A DNA stretch of 34,474 nt from Candidatus Dojkabacteria bacterium (GCA_028704525.1 JAQWFF010000002.1:1-34474); one strand, 5' to 3'; counted from the stretch's first letter, positions 1-9,576 are shown. Numbers and translations are program-made. The notes: a model not told the origin generated them from the letters alone.

Positions 1-171
1 ATAAATATATACCAGAAAAAGCTTGATCCTTTTGGGAATTTAGAGAAGGTCAAAGATATAGAGGGTGGAAAGATTAAGGTTAATGAATATATTTGTACAA
101 ATGAGGAAGATGACAATCATCATTATGCCAATACTAACTATTTGTTAGAACTAGTGAGGAATCTACTTTAG
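1..171 (+). CDS. 3' end of an unidentified CDS entering from the left edge (partial)
   Basis: Frame 1 is open from base 1 to TAG at 169-171 (ends ...LLELVRNLL*). No motif recognised. Absent from the ORF track because it has no start in the window. Confidence 0.3.
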   Translation: MNIYQKKLDPFGNLEKVKDIEGGKIKVNEYICTNEEDDNHHYANTNYLLELVRNLL

Positions 172-528
172 TACGGATATTTCCGTATCTCCTAATTTAA
201 CAAATTTTAATTCTTTTGGTTTGTTTTCCCATTCACATATTTCAAAAGGGATACCAATGTATTCACCTTGAAATTCTATTAACCTATCGTCCCACGTGTG
301 TATATCTGATGTTGTATATTCTTTTAATATCTCATATATCTTTGGGATATCTTCTTTAGACATAAAGAGATCTATATCATATGGATATATGTTAGAACCA
401 AGTATATACTTCAAGCCGGAAGCGGAAAGATAATATTGGATATTGTTTGTGTTTAATGTTTTTGTGATAAAAAACAAAGCATCTTTCCACTTTTCAATAT
501 TTTGTTTGTTTATCTTTTGATAGTCCAT
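163..528 (-). CDS. Small nucleotidyltransferase-fold protein (Lnu/ANT-like)
   Basis: 121 aa. The stretch YLSASGLKYILG...YPYDIDLF resembles the G[SG]...DxD minimal NTase motif. TATAAT lies 5 nt upstream of the ATG (TATAATCTAATATG on the minus strand). Confidence 0.5.
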   Translation of the reverse strand: MDYQKINKQNIEKWKDALFFITKTLNTNNIQYYLSASGLKYILGSNIYPYDIDLFMSKEDIPKIYEILKEYTTSDIHTWDDRLIEFQGEYIGIPFEICEWENKPKELKFVKLGDTEISVLK

Positions 529-606
529 ATTAGATTATATAACATATTTTGTAGATAGATTTTGTTGGAACAGATATGCTCAGGACCTTTTTATAGGCAG
601 ATTTGG

Positions 607-635
607 TTGACAATAAAGGCTTTTTTAACTATAAT
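607..635 (+). promoter_or_regulatory. Canonical sigma70-type promoter for the ABC importer operon
   Basis: TTGACA (607-612), exact 17-nt spacer, TATAAT (630-635). It lies 28 nt upstream of the ATG at 664. Confidence 0.7.
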
Positions 636-663
636 CGCTAATAACTTCTCAAAAACATTATAA

Positions 664-1680
664 ATGCAAAAAAGAATGTTAAATAAATCAACTAGCCTTT
701 ATTTGATAGCATCTGTTTTAATTTTAGTTGGTCTCTTTCTATTATGGATAACTAATCCAAATATCTTTTGGCGAGATGAAGTTCAAGAGGGTGTTATAGT
801 ATATAGTTGTGAGAATCCAATTACATTTGAATCTGTTCCTCAGAGGGCAATTTCTTTTGATACAAATATGACAGAGATGATGCTAGCCTTAAATCTGGAA
901 GACAATATGGTTGGTTATTGGGTTTCTGGTGTAGAAGTAGGGGATGAATTTAAAAATCAGATACAGAAAATTGAATTAGTTTCTGATATCCAGTGGCCTC
1001 CACCCTCAATGGAAGTTATCTTAAGTTTTGATCCTGATTTTGTATTTGGTGCTTGGGAATATAACTTCTCTGATGAAAGTGGTGTAACACCTGACAAACT
1101 TGAGCAAGCAGGTGTTAAGACATATGTTCTTACTGAATCTTGTGTCGCTGTGGGGGTTAAGCCAGATGAGTCTATTGAGAGTACTTATAATGACATTTTG
1201 AGCTTAGGAAAGATCTTTCAAGTAGAAGAGAGAGCTCAAATACTTGTGGATGAAATGAAAAATAACATAAAAGATATTCAGGATAAAATTGGAGAAGTCG
1301 AGAGACCTTTTCGAGGATTTTACTATGGAGGAGGTGCAGATGCTGCATTTACTGCAGGGAAATATGCTATGGTAACAAAAATGATGAATACAGTCGGTGC
1401 TGAAAATATTCTTGGTGATGTTGAGGATGATTGGATACCATCTGCTGGTTGGGAAACAATTATAGAGAAAGACCCTGAATTCATTATGATAGATGATACA
1501 CCATGGGAAAGTGCCCAAGCGCGTATAGATACCTTAGAATCTCTCCCTAAACTGGCGAGTATAACCGCAATTAAAGAGAAAAATTATATTATCTTTCCAT
1601 GGACATATATTCTTCCAGGTGTTCAAATGGATAATGGTATAACTAAGCTTGCCCAAGAGTTATATCCAGAGAAATTCTAA
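664..1680 (+). CDS. ABC transporter substrate-binding protein, iron-chelate/cobalamin (FecB/BtuF-like) type
   Basis: N-terminal hydrophobic anchor LYLIASVLILVGLFLLWI. First gene of an SBP-permease-ATPase operon with a FecCD-type permease directly downstream. Confidence 0.7.
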   Translation: MQKRMLNKSTSLYLIASVLILVGLFLLWITNPNIFWRDEVQEGVIVYSCENPITFESVPQRAISFDTNMTEMMLALNLEDNMVGYWVSGVEVGDEFKNQIQKIELVSDIQWPPPSMEVILSFDPDFVFGAWEYNFSDESGVTPDKLEQAGVKTYVLTESCVAVGVKPDESIESTYNDILSLGKIFQVEERAQILVDEMKNNIKDIQDKIGEVERPFRGFYYGGGADAAFTAGKYAMVTKMMNTVGAENILGDVEDDWIPSAGWETIIEKDPEFIMIDDTPWESAQARIDTLESLPKLASITAIKEKNYIIFPWTYILPGVQMDNGITKLAQELYPEKF

Positions 1681-1704
1681 AAATTAAACTTTTAGAGTTG
1701 AACA

Positions 1705-2784
1705 ATGGGAAAAAATACTTTGGACAAGAAGCATAAAGAAAAAATTCTCTTCTGGGGATTTCTGTCATTTCTCCTCATCCTCTTATTTATTTCCATAGTA
1801 CTAGGTATTCTTGTAGGGCCAGTTCCCATAAGTATCCGGAATATCTTCAGTATTACTCTGTATAAATTGGGGCTCTTGGAAAGAGGAGATTGGCTATTAG
1901 GAGTAGAGAATATTGTATGGTTAATAAGATTCCCTAGAGTTCTTTTGGCTTTAGCTGTCGGAGGGGGTTTAGCAGTTGCAGGGGCAACACTACAGACTCT
2001 TGTTAGAAATCCATTAGCTGATCCTTATATTCTAGGGATATCCTCTGGGGCCTCGGTTGGAGCTGTCTTGGCAATAGGTCTTGGTTTTTTCTCCTTTATG
2101 GGTGTTTTTGGAGTACAAATCGCTGGATTTATAGGTGCAGTTATATCTTTTTTCTTAGTATATTACCTTGCAAAAACAGGGGGGGAGATACGTCCTAACC
2201 GTCTAATACTTGCTGGGATGGGTGTAGGATATGTTTTCTCCGGGATAACCAGTTTTATTACAATGACTTCTGGAAATCGTGAGCTTGCTGGAAAAATCCT
2301 TGCCTGGACACTAGGAAGTTTAGCAAGAGCTACTTGGTATGATCTCACTTTACCCTTCTTTATATTAGTCTTAGTTACAACGTATCTACTTTTTCAGGGG
2401 AGAAATTTAAATGCACTTTCAGTTGGTGACGAAGTGGCTGTAACATTGGGATTAGATGTAGGGAAGTTTCGTAATAAAACATTTATCCTAGTGGCACTTC
2501 TGACAGGTATCATGGTTTCTGTAAGTGGAATGATAGGTTTCATTGGGCTAATAATCCCACATGTTGTAAGGATAATTGTTGGATTTGATCATCGGAAAGT
2601 TCTCATAATTTCAACCTTATTAGGTAGTATTTTCTTAATTTGGGTTGATGTTGTAGCTAGAACAGCATTTTCCCCAACAGAATTACCAGTAGGAATTATA
2701 ACCTCTTTATTAGGTGGCCCATTCTTTTTATTACTGTTATGGAAAATCCGAAAACAAAGGAGGATTTATGAAGATCAAAACTAA
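1705..2784 (+). CDS. FecCD/BtuC-family ABC transporter permease
   Basis: 359 aa and polytopic. It has the typical FecCD stretches (RFPRVLLALAVGGGLAVAGATLQ, NPLADPYILGISSGAS, GIITSLLGGPFFLLLL). Confidence 0.9.
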   Translation: MGKNTLDKKHKEKILFWGFLSFLLILLFISIVLGILVGPVPISIRNIFSITLYKLGLLERGDWLLGVENIVWLIRFPRVLLALAVGGGLAVAGATLQTLVRNPLADPYILGISSGASVGAVLAIGLGFFSFMGVFGVQIAGFIGAVISFFLVYYLAKTGGEIRPNRLILAGMGVGYVFSGITSFITMTSGNRELAGKILAWTLGSLARATWYDLTLPFFILVLVTTYLLFQGRNLNALSVGDEVAVTLGLDVGKFRNKTFILVALLTGIMVSVSGMIGFIGLIIPHVVRIIVGFDHRKVLIISTLLGSIFLIWVDVVARTAFSPTELPVGIITSLLGGPFFLLLLWKIRKQRRIYEDQN

Positions 2785-3553
2785 AAATCTGAGTTGGGGG
2801 GTTGATGGGAAAAAAATTGTAGAAAATATAACATTAGAGATAAAAACAGGAGATTTAGTAGGTTTGGTAGGCCCCAATGGAAGTGGAAAATCTTCTCTGC
2901 TTCGTTTGATATATCGATTTTATAAACCATTAAAGGGTTCTGTATTCTTGGGTAGGAATGATATTTCTTCAATATCGCTAAAAGAGATTGCTAAAAAAAT
3001 GGCTGTAGTACCTCAAGAGAGAGGAATTTTCTCTGGTTTTACAGTTTATGAAGTAGTCGCGATGGGAAGGACACCGTATAAAGGTTTGTTTGATAATGAT
3101 ACTCAAGATGACCATAAGATAATTCTAAGGTCATTAAAAAAAGTTAAACTTTTAGATCAAGCTGATAGGTTTTTTAACACACTGTCTGGAGGTGAAAGAC
3201 AAAGAGTTTTAATAGCATTAGCATTAGCTCAAAAGGCAGAGATTTTGGCTCTAGATGAGCCAACAAATCATTTAGATCCATTGCATCAATTACAAATAAT
3301 GGAGATAATAAAGGATTTAAGGAAAACAACCATTATGGCAATGCATGATCTGAATATGGCTGCTAGATATTGTGATAGGATTCTTCTCATAGATAAAGGA
3401 AAGATTATTGCTTATGGCAAGCCTGAGAAAATATTAACCTCTAAAAATATTCAGGATGTATATGGTGTAAAAGTAAAAACTTGGATTGATAAAAAAACAG
3501 GGAAGTTGAGTATTGTATTATTAGGAATAAATGAAAATGAGAGAGTTTTATGA
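2768..3553 (+). CDS. ABC transporter ATP-binding protein (FecE/BtuD-like)
   Basis: Walker A GPNGSGKSS, signature LSGGERQRV, Walker B ILALDEPTNHLD, H-loop MAMHDL. Start moved from the track position 2714 to ATG 2768, which sits 4 nt behind GGAGG (2759-2763). It overlaps the permease stop by 17 nt. Confidence 0.9.
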   Translation: MKIKTKNLSWGVDGKKIVENITLEIKTGDLVGLVGPNGSGKSSLLRLIYRFYKPLKGSVFLGRNDISSISLKEIAKKMAVVPQERGIFSGFTVYEVVAMGRTPYKGLFDNDTQDDHKIILRSLKKVKLLDQADRFFNTLSGGERQRVLIALALAQKAEILALDEPTNHLDPLHQLQIMEIIKDLRKTTIMAMHDLNMAARYCDRILLIDKGKIIAYGKPEKILTSKNIQDVYGVKVKTWIDKKTGKLSIVLLGINENERVL

Positions 3554-3577
3554 TAAAATTAATTAGGAGATATTAAC

Positions 3578-4483
3578 ATGAATGAACATTTTTCTATGGA
3601 TAGAGGGAATTCAAATAGTAAGGGAGAAAGTCTTTGGCATTCACAAAACTTTCTCCGAGATCCGCAATTCGTCGCTTCTCTAGTGGATATAGCAGACATA
3701 TCTTCTCATGATACAGTAATTGAAATTGGTCCTGGGAAAGGTATAATTACAGAACAACTCTCAAGGAAAGCAGATAGAGTTATTGCTATAGAATATGATA
3801 ATGAATTAGTTCAGGGACTAAGAGAAAAATTCTCAGATTCATCAAATGTAGAAATATTAGGGGCAGACTTTCTAAAATGGTCTTTACCTAATAACAAATA
3901 TAAGGTTTTCTCTAACATCCCATTTGAATATACATCTAGGATAATAGATAAACTTCTTGTATCTTCTAATCCCCCAGAAGACACATTTCTTATAATGCAA
4001 GATCTTGCTGCTAAAAGGTTTATGGGGAAATTCGCAGGAGGTGAAGATTCTCAAATGTCAATATTGTTACAGCCATTTTATTCTATGAACATCCTTCGTA
4101 GAATTGATAGAAATCAGTATACTCCAACTCCAAATGTGAATACAGTTCTTGGCCACTTTATGAAGAAGGAATATCCTCTTATAGAAAATAAAAACACACA
4201 AGAATATAGAGATTTTGTTATATATGGATATAACCAATGGAAACCAACTTTATTGGAAGCTTTTAAGGATGTCTTTTCATATAATCAAACAAAGATTATT
4301 AAGAAAAATCTTAAGCTTGAAGGAAAGAAACCTTCGGATTTAGATGTAAATACTTGGGTGGCATTGTTTAAAACATATCAGAAGTATGTCCCTCAAGAGA
4401 GGAAGTTTCAAGTAAAAGGTTCTGAGGAGAGATTAAATAAAAGTCAGCAAAGAATGAAGAAAAGGTACAGAACTAGAAAGTAG
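3578..4483 (+). CDS. Erm/KsgA-family rRNA adenine N6-methyltransferase-like protein
   Basis: HSQNFL, SAM motif VIEIGPGKGIITEQL, AIEYDNEL, and FSNIPFEYTSRII (the NIPY-like motif). AGGAG lies 9 nt upstream of the ATG. The C-terminal tail is basic. Confidence 0.65.
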   Translation: MNEHFSMDRGNSNSKGESLWHSQNFLRDPQFVASLVDIADISSHDTVIEIGPGKGIITEQLSRKADRVIAIEYDNELVQGLREKFSDSSNVEILGADFLKWSLPNNKYKVFSNIPFEYTSRIIDKLLVSSNPPEDTFLIMQDLAAKRFMGKFAGGEDSQMSILLQPFYSMNILRRIDRNQYTPTPNVNTVLGHFMKKEYPLIENKNTQEYRDFVIYGYNQWKPTLLEAFKDVFSYNQTKIIKKNLKLEGKKPSDLDVNTWVALFKTYQKYVPQERKFQVKGSEERLNKSQQRMKKRYRTRK

Positions 4484-4530
4484 ATACCAAAGGAGTGGAT
4501 AAGTAAATATTGAAGATTTAATAAGCCTTC

Positions 4531-4640
4531 TGAGGGTTAATGCATCGGACTACAGGTAACCTAAGGGATTTGGTGAGACGTACATGTCTGGAACCTGTAT
4601 TAAATGAGAATGAGACAAATAAGACAGTATAAGAAAGGGG
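4531..4640 (-). repeat. Family-1 tRNA-3'-end-like intergenic repeat, copy A
   Basis: Plus-strand read: TGGTGAGACGTACATGTCTGGAACCTGTATTAAATGAGAATGAGACAAATAAGACAGTATAAGAAAGGGG. It aligns with copies D, E and F. Same orientation as tRNA-Asp. Confidence 0.7.
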
Positions 4641-4685
4641 AAATCATTTGCAAACCATAATAATAAATGAAATACTTTAATTATT

Positions 4686-6440
4686 ATGGATGGTAAAATA
4701 TCAGAATTAGCAACAGAATCTATTCAAACGAGTCCACAAATGTTAACTGATTATAAACTAGATAAGGTTGTTGAATTACATATAGACAATGTTGATTCTC
4801 AAAAAGTCATTGAGATAAAGGACATGTTGACTTCTGAGGTTCTTTTAGAGAATCGTAAGCACGCACATGGAATAAATGTTTTAGGGGAGGGTTCTGTTGG
4901 CTATGATTACATAGCCCCTTTAACAGAAACTAAGTTTCTTGAAGATCCAAAGCAAATATTGGCAAAATATAGTGAAGAACTCCAAGTGAAAGAAAAGGAT
5001 ATTCAGGAAATGTCTGAAGATGATGCAGCAAGAAGAATCAGAGAGGAAGTTGAAAAAAGAAATTCACAAAGTTCTCAAAAGCGTCGAGCTGAAACGAAGC
5101 TACTTCAAGAACTTGGAGTTGATGGTTCTATAAAAATTCATATGTGTAAAGGTCCTTTCGATGCTAGATATTTAGATACTTCTTCTTCAGATCCAAAACA
5201 AGAGGAAGCGTTTACCTATGTAAGAAATCAAATAGAAAAAGAAATTAGAGTTCAAATTGCACTAGGGCCTGGATTTACAGAATATACAAATGAAAATGGC
5301 GAGATAGTTACAAATACTACTACATATATTGATCCTGAGACAAAAGCTTTGGGAAAAAGTGAAACAGTCTTTCACATTCCATCAAAAACGGGAGAACTAG
5401 AAAAATGGGATAAATATTGTAGGTATGTTTCTTCAAGATGTTCAGGAGCAGAATTTGATATATGGATTGAACCGAATCATAATCTGGATGATAATGGACA
5501 TGGCAAGTTTGAACATAATACTGATTCTGGTAGGCATGGAGAGTTTTCTTCTGAAGGTAGAAAACCTGAAGAATATGCGCTGGCAGTTATCGTAGCTTCA
5601 AATGCTATTAAACAAGAGGCTCCTGATTCAAAGGTAGGAATTAATGTTGCTTTTGTAGATATTGAGTATATTGAAAAAACAATTGAAACAATCAAAATCC
5701 TTGGTTATGATCCAACAAAAATAATCGATTATGTTTCATTTAACCCTTATAGGTTTGGGAAAAAGCCAGAAATGTGTGGACCGAAATGGAATGAGAATTT
5801 AGAAGGATTTCGTGGGGATAGTGCACCAAAAGGCAGGTTTGATTGGAATACAGAGGGGTCGTATGAGGAAGAGGTTCTTGCTCTAATGGGAAGGGTATCA
5901 AGTTTAGGAATAAGAGATATTCGTACTAGTGAATCAGGGTATCCCGTTGGTGAACTAACACGTCAACAGCAAGCAGAATATAATTTGAGAGGATGGGTTT
6001 TGGATAGATATTTAGGATTACCTGAGAGTCCTTGGACCCTCACATCTGAGAGTGAGGATTTCTCATTTATTGATAAAGAAGGCAATAAGACTGAAACCTT
6101 CTATGCATATAAAAATTTCAATTCAATTTTCTCCTCATCTATAATCCCTAGCGGAGAAATACACACTAAGGACGAGAAGGTTATGTGTAAAGTTTTTGAA
6201 GATGAGTCAAATGGTAGTCAAATTCTTGTGGTATGGTCTCCGACAGGATATTACTCTAATAAAGGAGAGAATAATAGACCAGTAAAGATATCTGTGCCAC
6301 TCCTAGGGGAAAAATCAGTTGAAATAATTACAGGACTTAGTAAAGACACTCCAAATATTGAAAAAAGGGCCACTAATAAACTTGAAATTAATGTTCATGG
6401 AGAACCGGTTATTATAAGAATTAGTAAAGGAAGTAACTAA
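4686..6440 (+). CDS. Hypothetical protein, possibly a glycoside-hydrolase-like TIM barrel
   Basis: 584 aa with no signal peptide. The only hints are NVAFVDIEY and TSESGYPVGE, which resemble GH clan-A acid/base and nucleophile strands. Weak. Confidence 0.3.
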   Translation: MDGKISELATESIQTSPQMLTDYKLDKVVELHIDNVDSQKVIEIKDMLTSEVLLENRKHAHGINVLGEGSVGYDYIAPLTETKFLEDPKQILAKYSEELQVKEKDIQEMSEDDAARRIREEVEKRNSQSSQKRRAETKLLQELGVDGSIKIHMCKGPFDARYLDTSSSDPKQEEAFTYVRNQIEKEIRVQIALGPGFTEYTNENGEIVTNTTTYIDPETKALGKSETVFHIPSKTGELEKWDKYCRYVSSRCSGAEFDIWIEPNHNLDDNGHGKFEHNTDSGRHGEFSSEGRKPEEYALAVIVASNAIKQEAPDSKVGINVAFVDIEYIEKTIETIKILGYDPTKIIDYVSFNPYRFGKKPEMCGPKWNENLEGFRGDSAPKGRFDWNTEGSYEEEVLALMGRVSSLGIRDIRTSESGYPVGELTRQQQAEYNLRGWVLDRYLGLPESPWTLTSESEDFSFIDKEGNKTETFYAYKNFNSIFSSSIIPSGEIHTKDEKVMCKVFEDESNGSQILVVWSPTGYYSNKGENNRPVKISVPLLGEKSVEIITGLSKDTPNIEKRATNKLEINVHGEPVIIRISKGSN

Positions 6441-6454
6441 GATTTTAAAAAGTT

Positions 6455-6514
6455 TTTTCAATATTTTGTTTATTTATCTTTTTATAGTCCATATTAGATT
6501 ATATAACATATTTT
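6455..6514 (-). pseudogene. Orphan copy of the promoter plus first 13 codons of the 163-528 nucleotidyltransferase gene
   Basis: 60 nt match 491-550 with 2 mismatches. On the minus strand it reads TATAATCTAAT-ATG GAC TAT AAA AAG ATA AAT AAA CAA AAT ATT GAA AAA and stops after 15 codons. Confidence 0.75.
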
Positions 6515-6562
6515 TAGGGATGGAATTTAAAAATAGAACAATGCTAATAACAAACCTGTAAC

Positions 6563-7516
6563 TTATCTCCACCAACTATTTTCTGGAATAGCCTCAGCTT
6601 CTATTTGAAATTTTTCTTTGAACCATTTAGCGATATCTTCCATTACGGGGTATTCTGAACCAGCATGGGATAGACCTATTAATGTCATCTTGGTTTGAGG
6701 ATAAAATTCTTGCAACGCTTTGTTTTCTCTCTCCCCCCTTTCCCCTGCTATTCTACATGTGGCTTGTCCAGTTATCACTACTTCTGTACCAAATCCCTCT
6801 GCAGGTTGTATGTCTCTTACATTCCCTCCCCCACCAGGTATAATTGCTACCTTTGTTATCTCCCTATCTAAATCTTTATTTCCCTTAATATCAATATAAT
6901 CTAGATTAGGAATCTCTAATCGCTCAATTAATTCTTGTACTGTTTGTTTGGGTACTTCACATATCCTAGCAGCATATCCATGAGCATATTCCATATATTG
7001 ATCAATCTGCTTTGCTCCTATCATCTTTATTAGTGACTCATTTGTTCCTAGTCCCGAGATAGATCCTGCATCTAATGGAGCATGACAGGTATATATAGAC
7101 AACCCCTTCTCTTTTATTCTCTTAATAATTTCTGGGTTTATAGGTATGAATCCTTTTCCCCACTCTTTGCCTTCTCTTGGATCTCCACACTCCATCTGTA
7201 CAGGATGGTGTGCGAATATCATGTCTCCTTTGGAAGATTTCTCAAGGACATCTTCTAACATGTAATCGTTTAAAAAACTTAGTAACCAAATTTTCCCAAC
7301 GGGTAAATCCTCTTCTGCCGTTATCATTAATCCATTAAAATACTGTGTAAATTCTGGTTCAAATTCTGATTTCCAATCATAGTCAATAGGGTCGTATACC
7401 ATAGGAACAAAACGACTCATTGCAGGATCTACTGTCTCTTTAACCCTAAATTCTGTATCTAATTTTTCAGCTAAAGTCTCTATTGTATATTCTTTCATAT
7501 CCTTTTGTTCAATCAT
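6563..7516 (-). CDS. NIF3 (YbgI/DUF34)-family dinuclear metal centre protein
   Basis: DMIFAHHPV and IYTCHAPLD metal-ligand motifs, plus GLSHAGSE near the C-terminus. 317 aa. Confidence 0.7.
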   Translation of the reverse strand: MIEQKDMKEYTIETLAEKLDTEFRVKETVDPAMSRFVPMVYDPIDYDWKSEFEPEFTQYFNGLMITAEEDLPVGKIWLLSFLNDYMLEDVLEKSSKGDMIFAHHPVQMECGDPREGKEWGKGFIPINPEIIKRIKEKGLSIYTCHAPLDAGSISGLGTNESLIKMIGAKQIDQYMEYAHGYAARICEVPKQTVQELIERLEIPNLDYIDIKGNKDLDREITKVAIIPGGGGNVRDIQPAEGFGTEVVITGQATCRIAGERGERENKALQEFYPQTKMTLIGLSHAGSEYPVMEDIAKWFKEKFQIEAEAIPENSWWR

Positions 7517-7590
7517 TTATATTAATGAAATGAAATTATCCATATAAATTATACAATATAGAAATGGTAATGGGGAGAAATAAACACCAA

Positions 7591-7629
7591 GAACCTATGT
7601 AGATTGAAAATAAGACAGTATAAAAAAGG
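7591..7629 (-). repeat. Family-1 repeat, copy B (promoter-like half only)
   Basis: GAACCTATGTAGATTGAAAATAAGACAGTATAAAAAAGG aligns with the distal half of copies D and E. Confidence 0.55.
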
Positions 7630-7674
7630 CGTCCTAGTGCCCAAGCCTAATTTTAGTAAAGAGTAATCCCTGTT

Positions 7675-8337
7675 CTAAAGATCTCCTTCTAATATTGCAG
7701 GTATCTCTGATGAATCTTTCTGCTCTGAGTTTTTAATATCTTTCGTTAATATCGCATGAGCAAGAGAATCAATTTCAAACCCTGAATAGTAAGACCCATA
7801 CCATTTTAATTCTTCTTTAAGCTCTGTAATTACAGCTTTAGCAGTGTTAACAACATAAGGAGCATTATTTTTTCGTGAATGATAAATACCAGCTAAAAGA
7901 GGAATTAATATGTGTTCATTTTGTCTACGATCTCCATCATTAATAGAGGAAAAGATAAGATCACGTGTCTCTTTTATTGTTGCATTTCTAACACTATCTG
8001 ATGGACTACTAAAGGTGTGTTTAAAAATATTTAAAGCCTCTTCGGCAAGTATAGGATTCGCTTCAAATAAATCTGCTGACAAAGATTGTCCCAAAGCCCT
8101 TACACTATACATTGCCTCGCTAAGTTCCTCAATAACGTTTGTCCAAGCAATTGATTTTAAGCCTTTTAAAGCCTTTTCTGCGATGTCTGGTTTATATTGA
8201 AAAACTTTAGGCGTTAGAAAGATTTTAGCTCTCATAGGACTATATTTCATAAAAAAGTCACGATATCCCATTTTCTGACAAAGATCCAAATCATGTTCCC
8301 ATAAACTCTTCTGTTCAGATTGATCTGTTTGATCCAT
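7675..8337 (-). CDS. Hypothetical protein (appears mostly alpha-helical by eye)
   Basis: 220-aa ORF with no recognisable motif. It is the only long ORF in this interval. Confidence 0.5.
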   Translation of the reverse strand: MDQTDQSEQKSLWEHDLDLCQKMGYRDFFMKYSPMRAKIFLTPKVFQYKPDIAEKALKGLKSIAWTNVIEELSEAMYSVRALGQSLSADLFEANPILAEEALNIFKHTFSSPSDSVRNATIKETRDLIFSSINDGDRRQNEHILIPLLAGIYHSRKNNAPYVVNTAKAVITELKEELKWYGSYYSGFEIDSLAHAILTKDIKNSEQKDSSEIPAILEGDL

Positions 8338-8471
8338 ATCCTAAGTAATTCAAATTATCATATAGTAATTATTATATAGCCGTTCTGGATGAAAAACAAT
8401 TCTTGATTCATCCAATAGAATTCTTGGATAGCAATTTAGATTAAAGTTCTATTTATCTACAAAAGATATAG

Positions 8472-8522
8472 TTGGACATATACGTAATGAGAATGGGACA
8501 AAAGAGATAGTATAAGAAAAGG
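8472..8522 (-). repeat. Family-1 repeat, copy C (internally deleted)
   Basis: TTGGACATATACGTAATGAGAATGGGACAAAAGAGATAGTATAAGAAAAGG. The TGTATAATCTAAT-ATG of the next gene follows. Confidence 0.6.
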
Positions 8523-8544
8523 ACATTATTTTGTATAATCTAAT

Positions 8545-8766
8545 ATGATTAATCAAGAATATGTGTATCATTCATCCAAGGTTAGTGGATTAAAAGTATT
8601 AGAACCTAGGTCAAGCACTCATAAAACACCTTGGGTATATGCTACTAAAGATATAGCTACAACAGCAATGTATCTTGAAGACAATTTTGATTTTATATGT
8701 CAAACAGGTTTTTCTAAAGACAAGCCATACATTTGGGAAAGATTCAAAGACATGAATATTTTGTGA
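8545..8766 (+). CDS. Small hypothetical protein (possibly a truncated gene)
   Basis: 73 aa. An extended -10 (TGTATAAT) lies 5 nt upstream of the ATG. The protein ends abruptly with no motif. Confidence 0.4.
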   Translation: MINQEYVYHSSKVSGLKVLEPRSSTHKTPWVYATKDIATTAMYLEDNFDFICQTGFSKDKPYIWERFKDMNIL

Positions 8767-8808
8767 AATTGTTTTATAATACCCTATAACTTTTGCTAAT
8801 TATTATAC

Positions 8809-9576
8809 TTGGTAGAACAGCAACCAGAAGAGGTCACAAAAATAACAGATTTTTCTAGAATTTTACCTATGGAGGATATGTATCTTCCTCTAGAAGATAA
8901 TATAGGTTCCAAAGCTGAACTAGGAGTGTATTGTAATAGATATGTTGAAAGAGATCTAACCAAAAAATTAGCAATAATATTAACAGGTTTTACATGTGCA
9001 GGTAAGGATACTGTAATGGATGAATTAGAATCCTTAGGACTTGTATATCATGTTGTTACAGCTACTTCTAGACCAAGAAGAATAGAGGAGCCTGAAGATA
9101 AATATCATTGGATTACAGTAAGAGAGAAAGGAGAGAAAGAAACAAATGAGGAATATGAAGAGAGTATTAAAAAAGACCATGATTTAGTAGAGTGTGATTG
9201 CCATTATAAACATGTTTATGGCTTACCAAGAAATTCTTTATTAGTAGAGGGTAGGGGTATTCCAGTTATAAGGCCAGATATAAATGGAACGAATACTTTA
9301 CATAAAGAGTTACCAAAATATGGATTTCAACCGATATCAATAGCAGTAGTTGCAGATAGTTGGGAACAGATATATAGAACTCTTTTAGAAGAAAGAGAAG
9401 AAACTCTAGGAGACAAGAATAGTAGGTTTATAGTAGATATAAATAGTGTTTCCAAATATAGTAATGTAGTAAACTACTTTTTACATAATAGTAGGGATGT
9501 GTATGGTGATATGAGTGGCTTAGAAAGGTCTGTTAGGGGAATGAGATATATAATTGAGATGTATACGAAAAAATAA
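8809..9576 (+). CDS. Guanylate-kinase-like nucleoside monophosphate kinase
   Basis: P-loop variant LTGFTCAGKDTV and VTATSRPRRIEEPEDKYHWIT (compare GK S.TTR.pR..E.dG.dY.F). The start is uncertain: TTG at 8809 or ATG at 8869. Confidence 0.55.
   Translation: MVEQQPEEVTKITDFSRILPMEDMYLPLEDNIGSKAELGVYCNRYVERDLTKKLAIILTGFTCAGKDTVMDELESLGLVYHVVTATSRPRRIEEPEDKYHWITVREKGEKETNEEYEESIKKDHDLVECDCHYKHVYGLPRNSLLVEGRGIPVIRPDINGTNTLHKELPKYGFQPISIAVVADSWEQIYRTLLEEREETLGDKNSRFIVDINSVSKYSNVVNYFLHNSRDVYGDMSGLERSVRGMRYIIEMYTKK

Noticed and set aside
529-663. Cobalamin or other riboswitch upstream of the BtuF/FecB-like importer
   Set aside because: Only about 22 nt lie between the predicted TSS and the ATG. No B12-box-like GCCACTG and no extended structure is visible.
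1204-1518. Antisense ORFs inside the ABC importer and other well-supported genes
   Set aside because: This covers 1204-1518, 2163-2348, 2781-2972, 5477-5695, 7910-8200, 10802-11014, 12887-13144, 14950-15138, 17106-17363, 23756-23992, 24169-24405, 25507-25692, 25732-26007, 26789-27238, 27263-27451, 27514-27750, 29468-29773 and 33828-34376. All are shorter, motif-free overlaps of better-supported CDSs.
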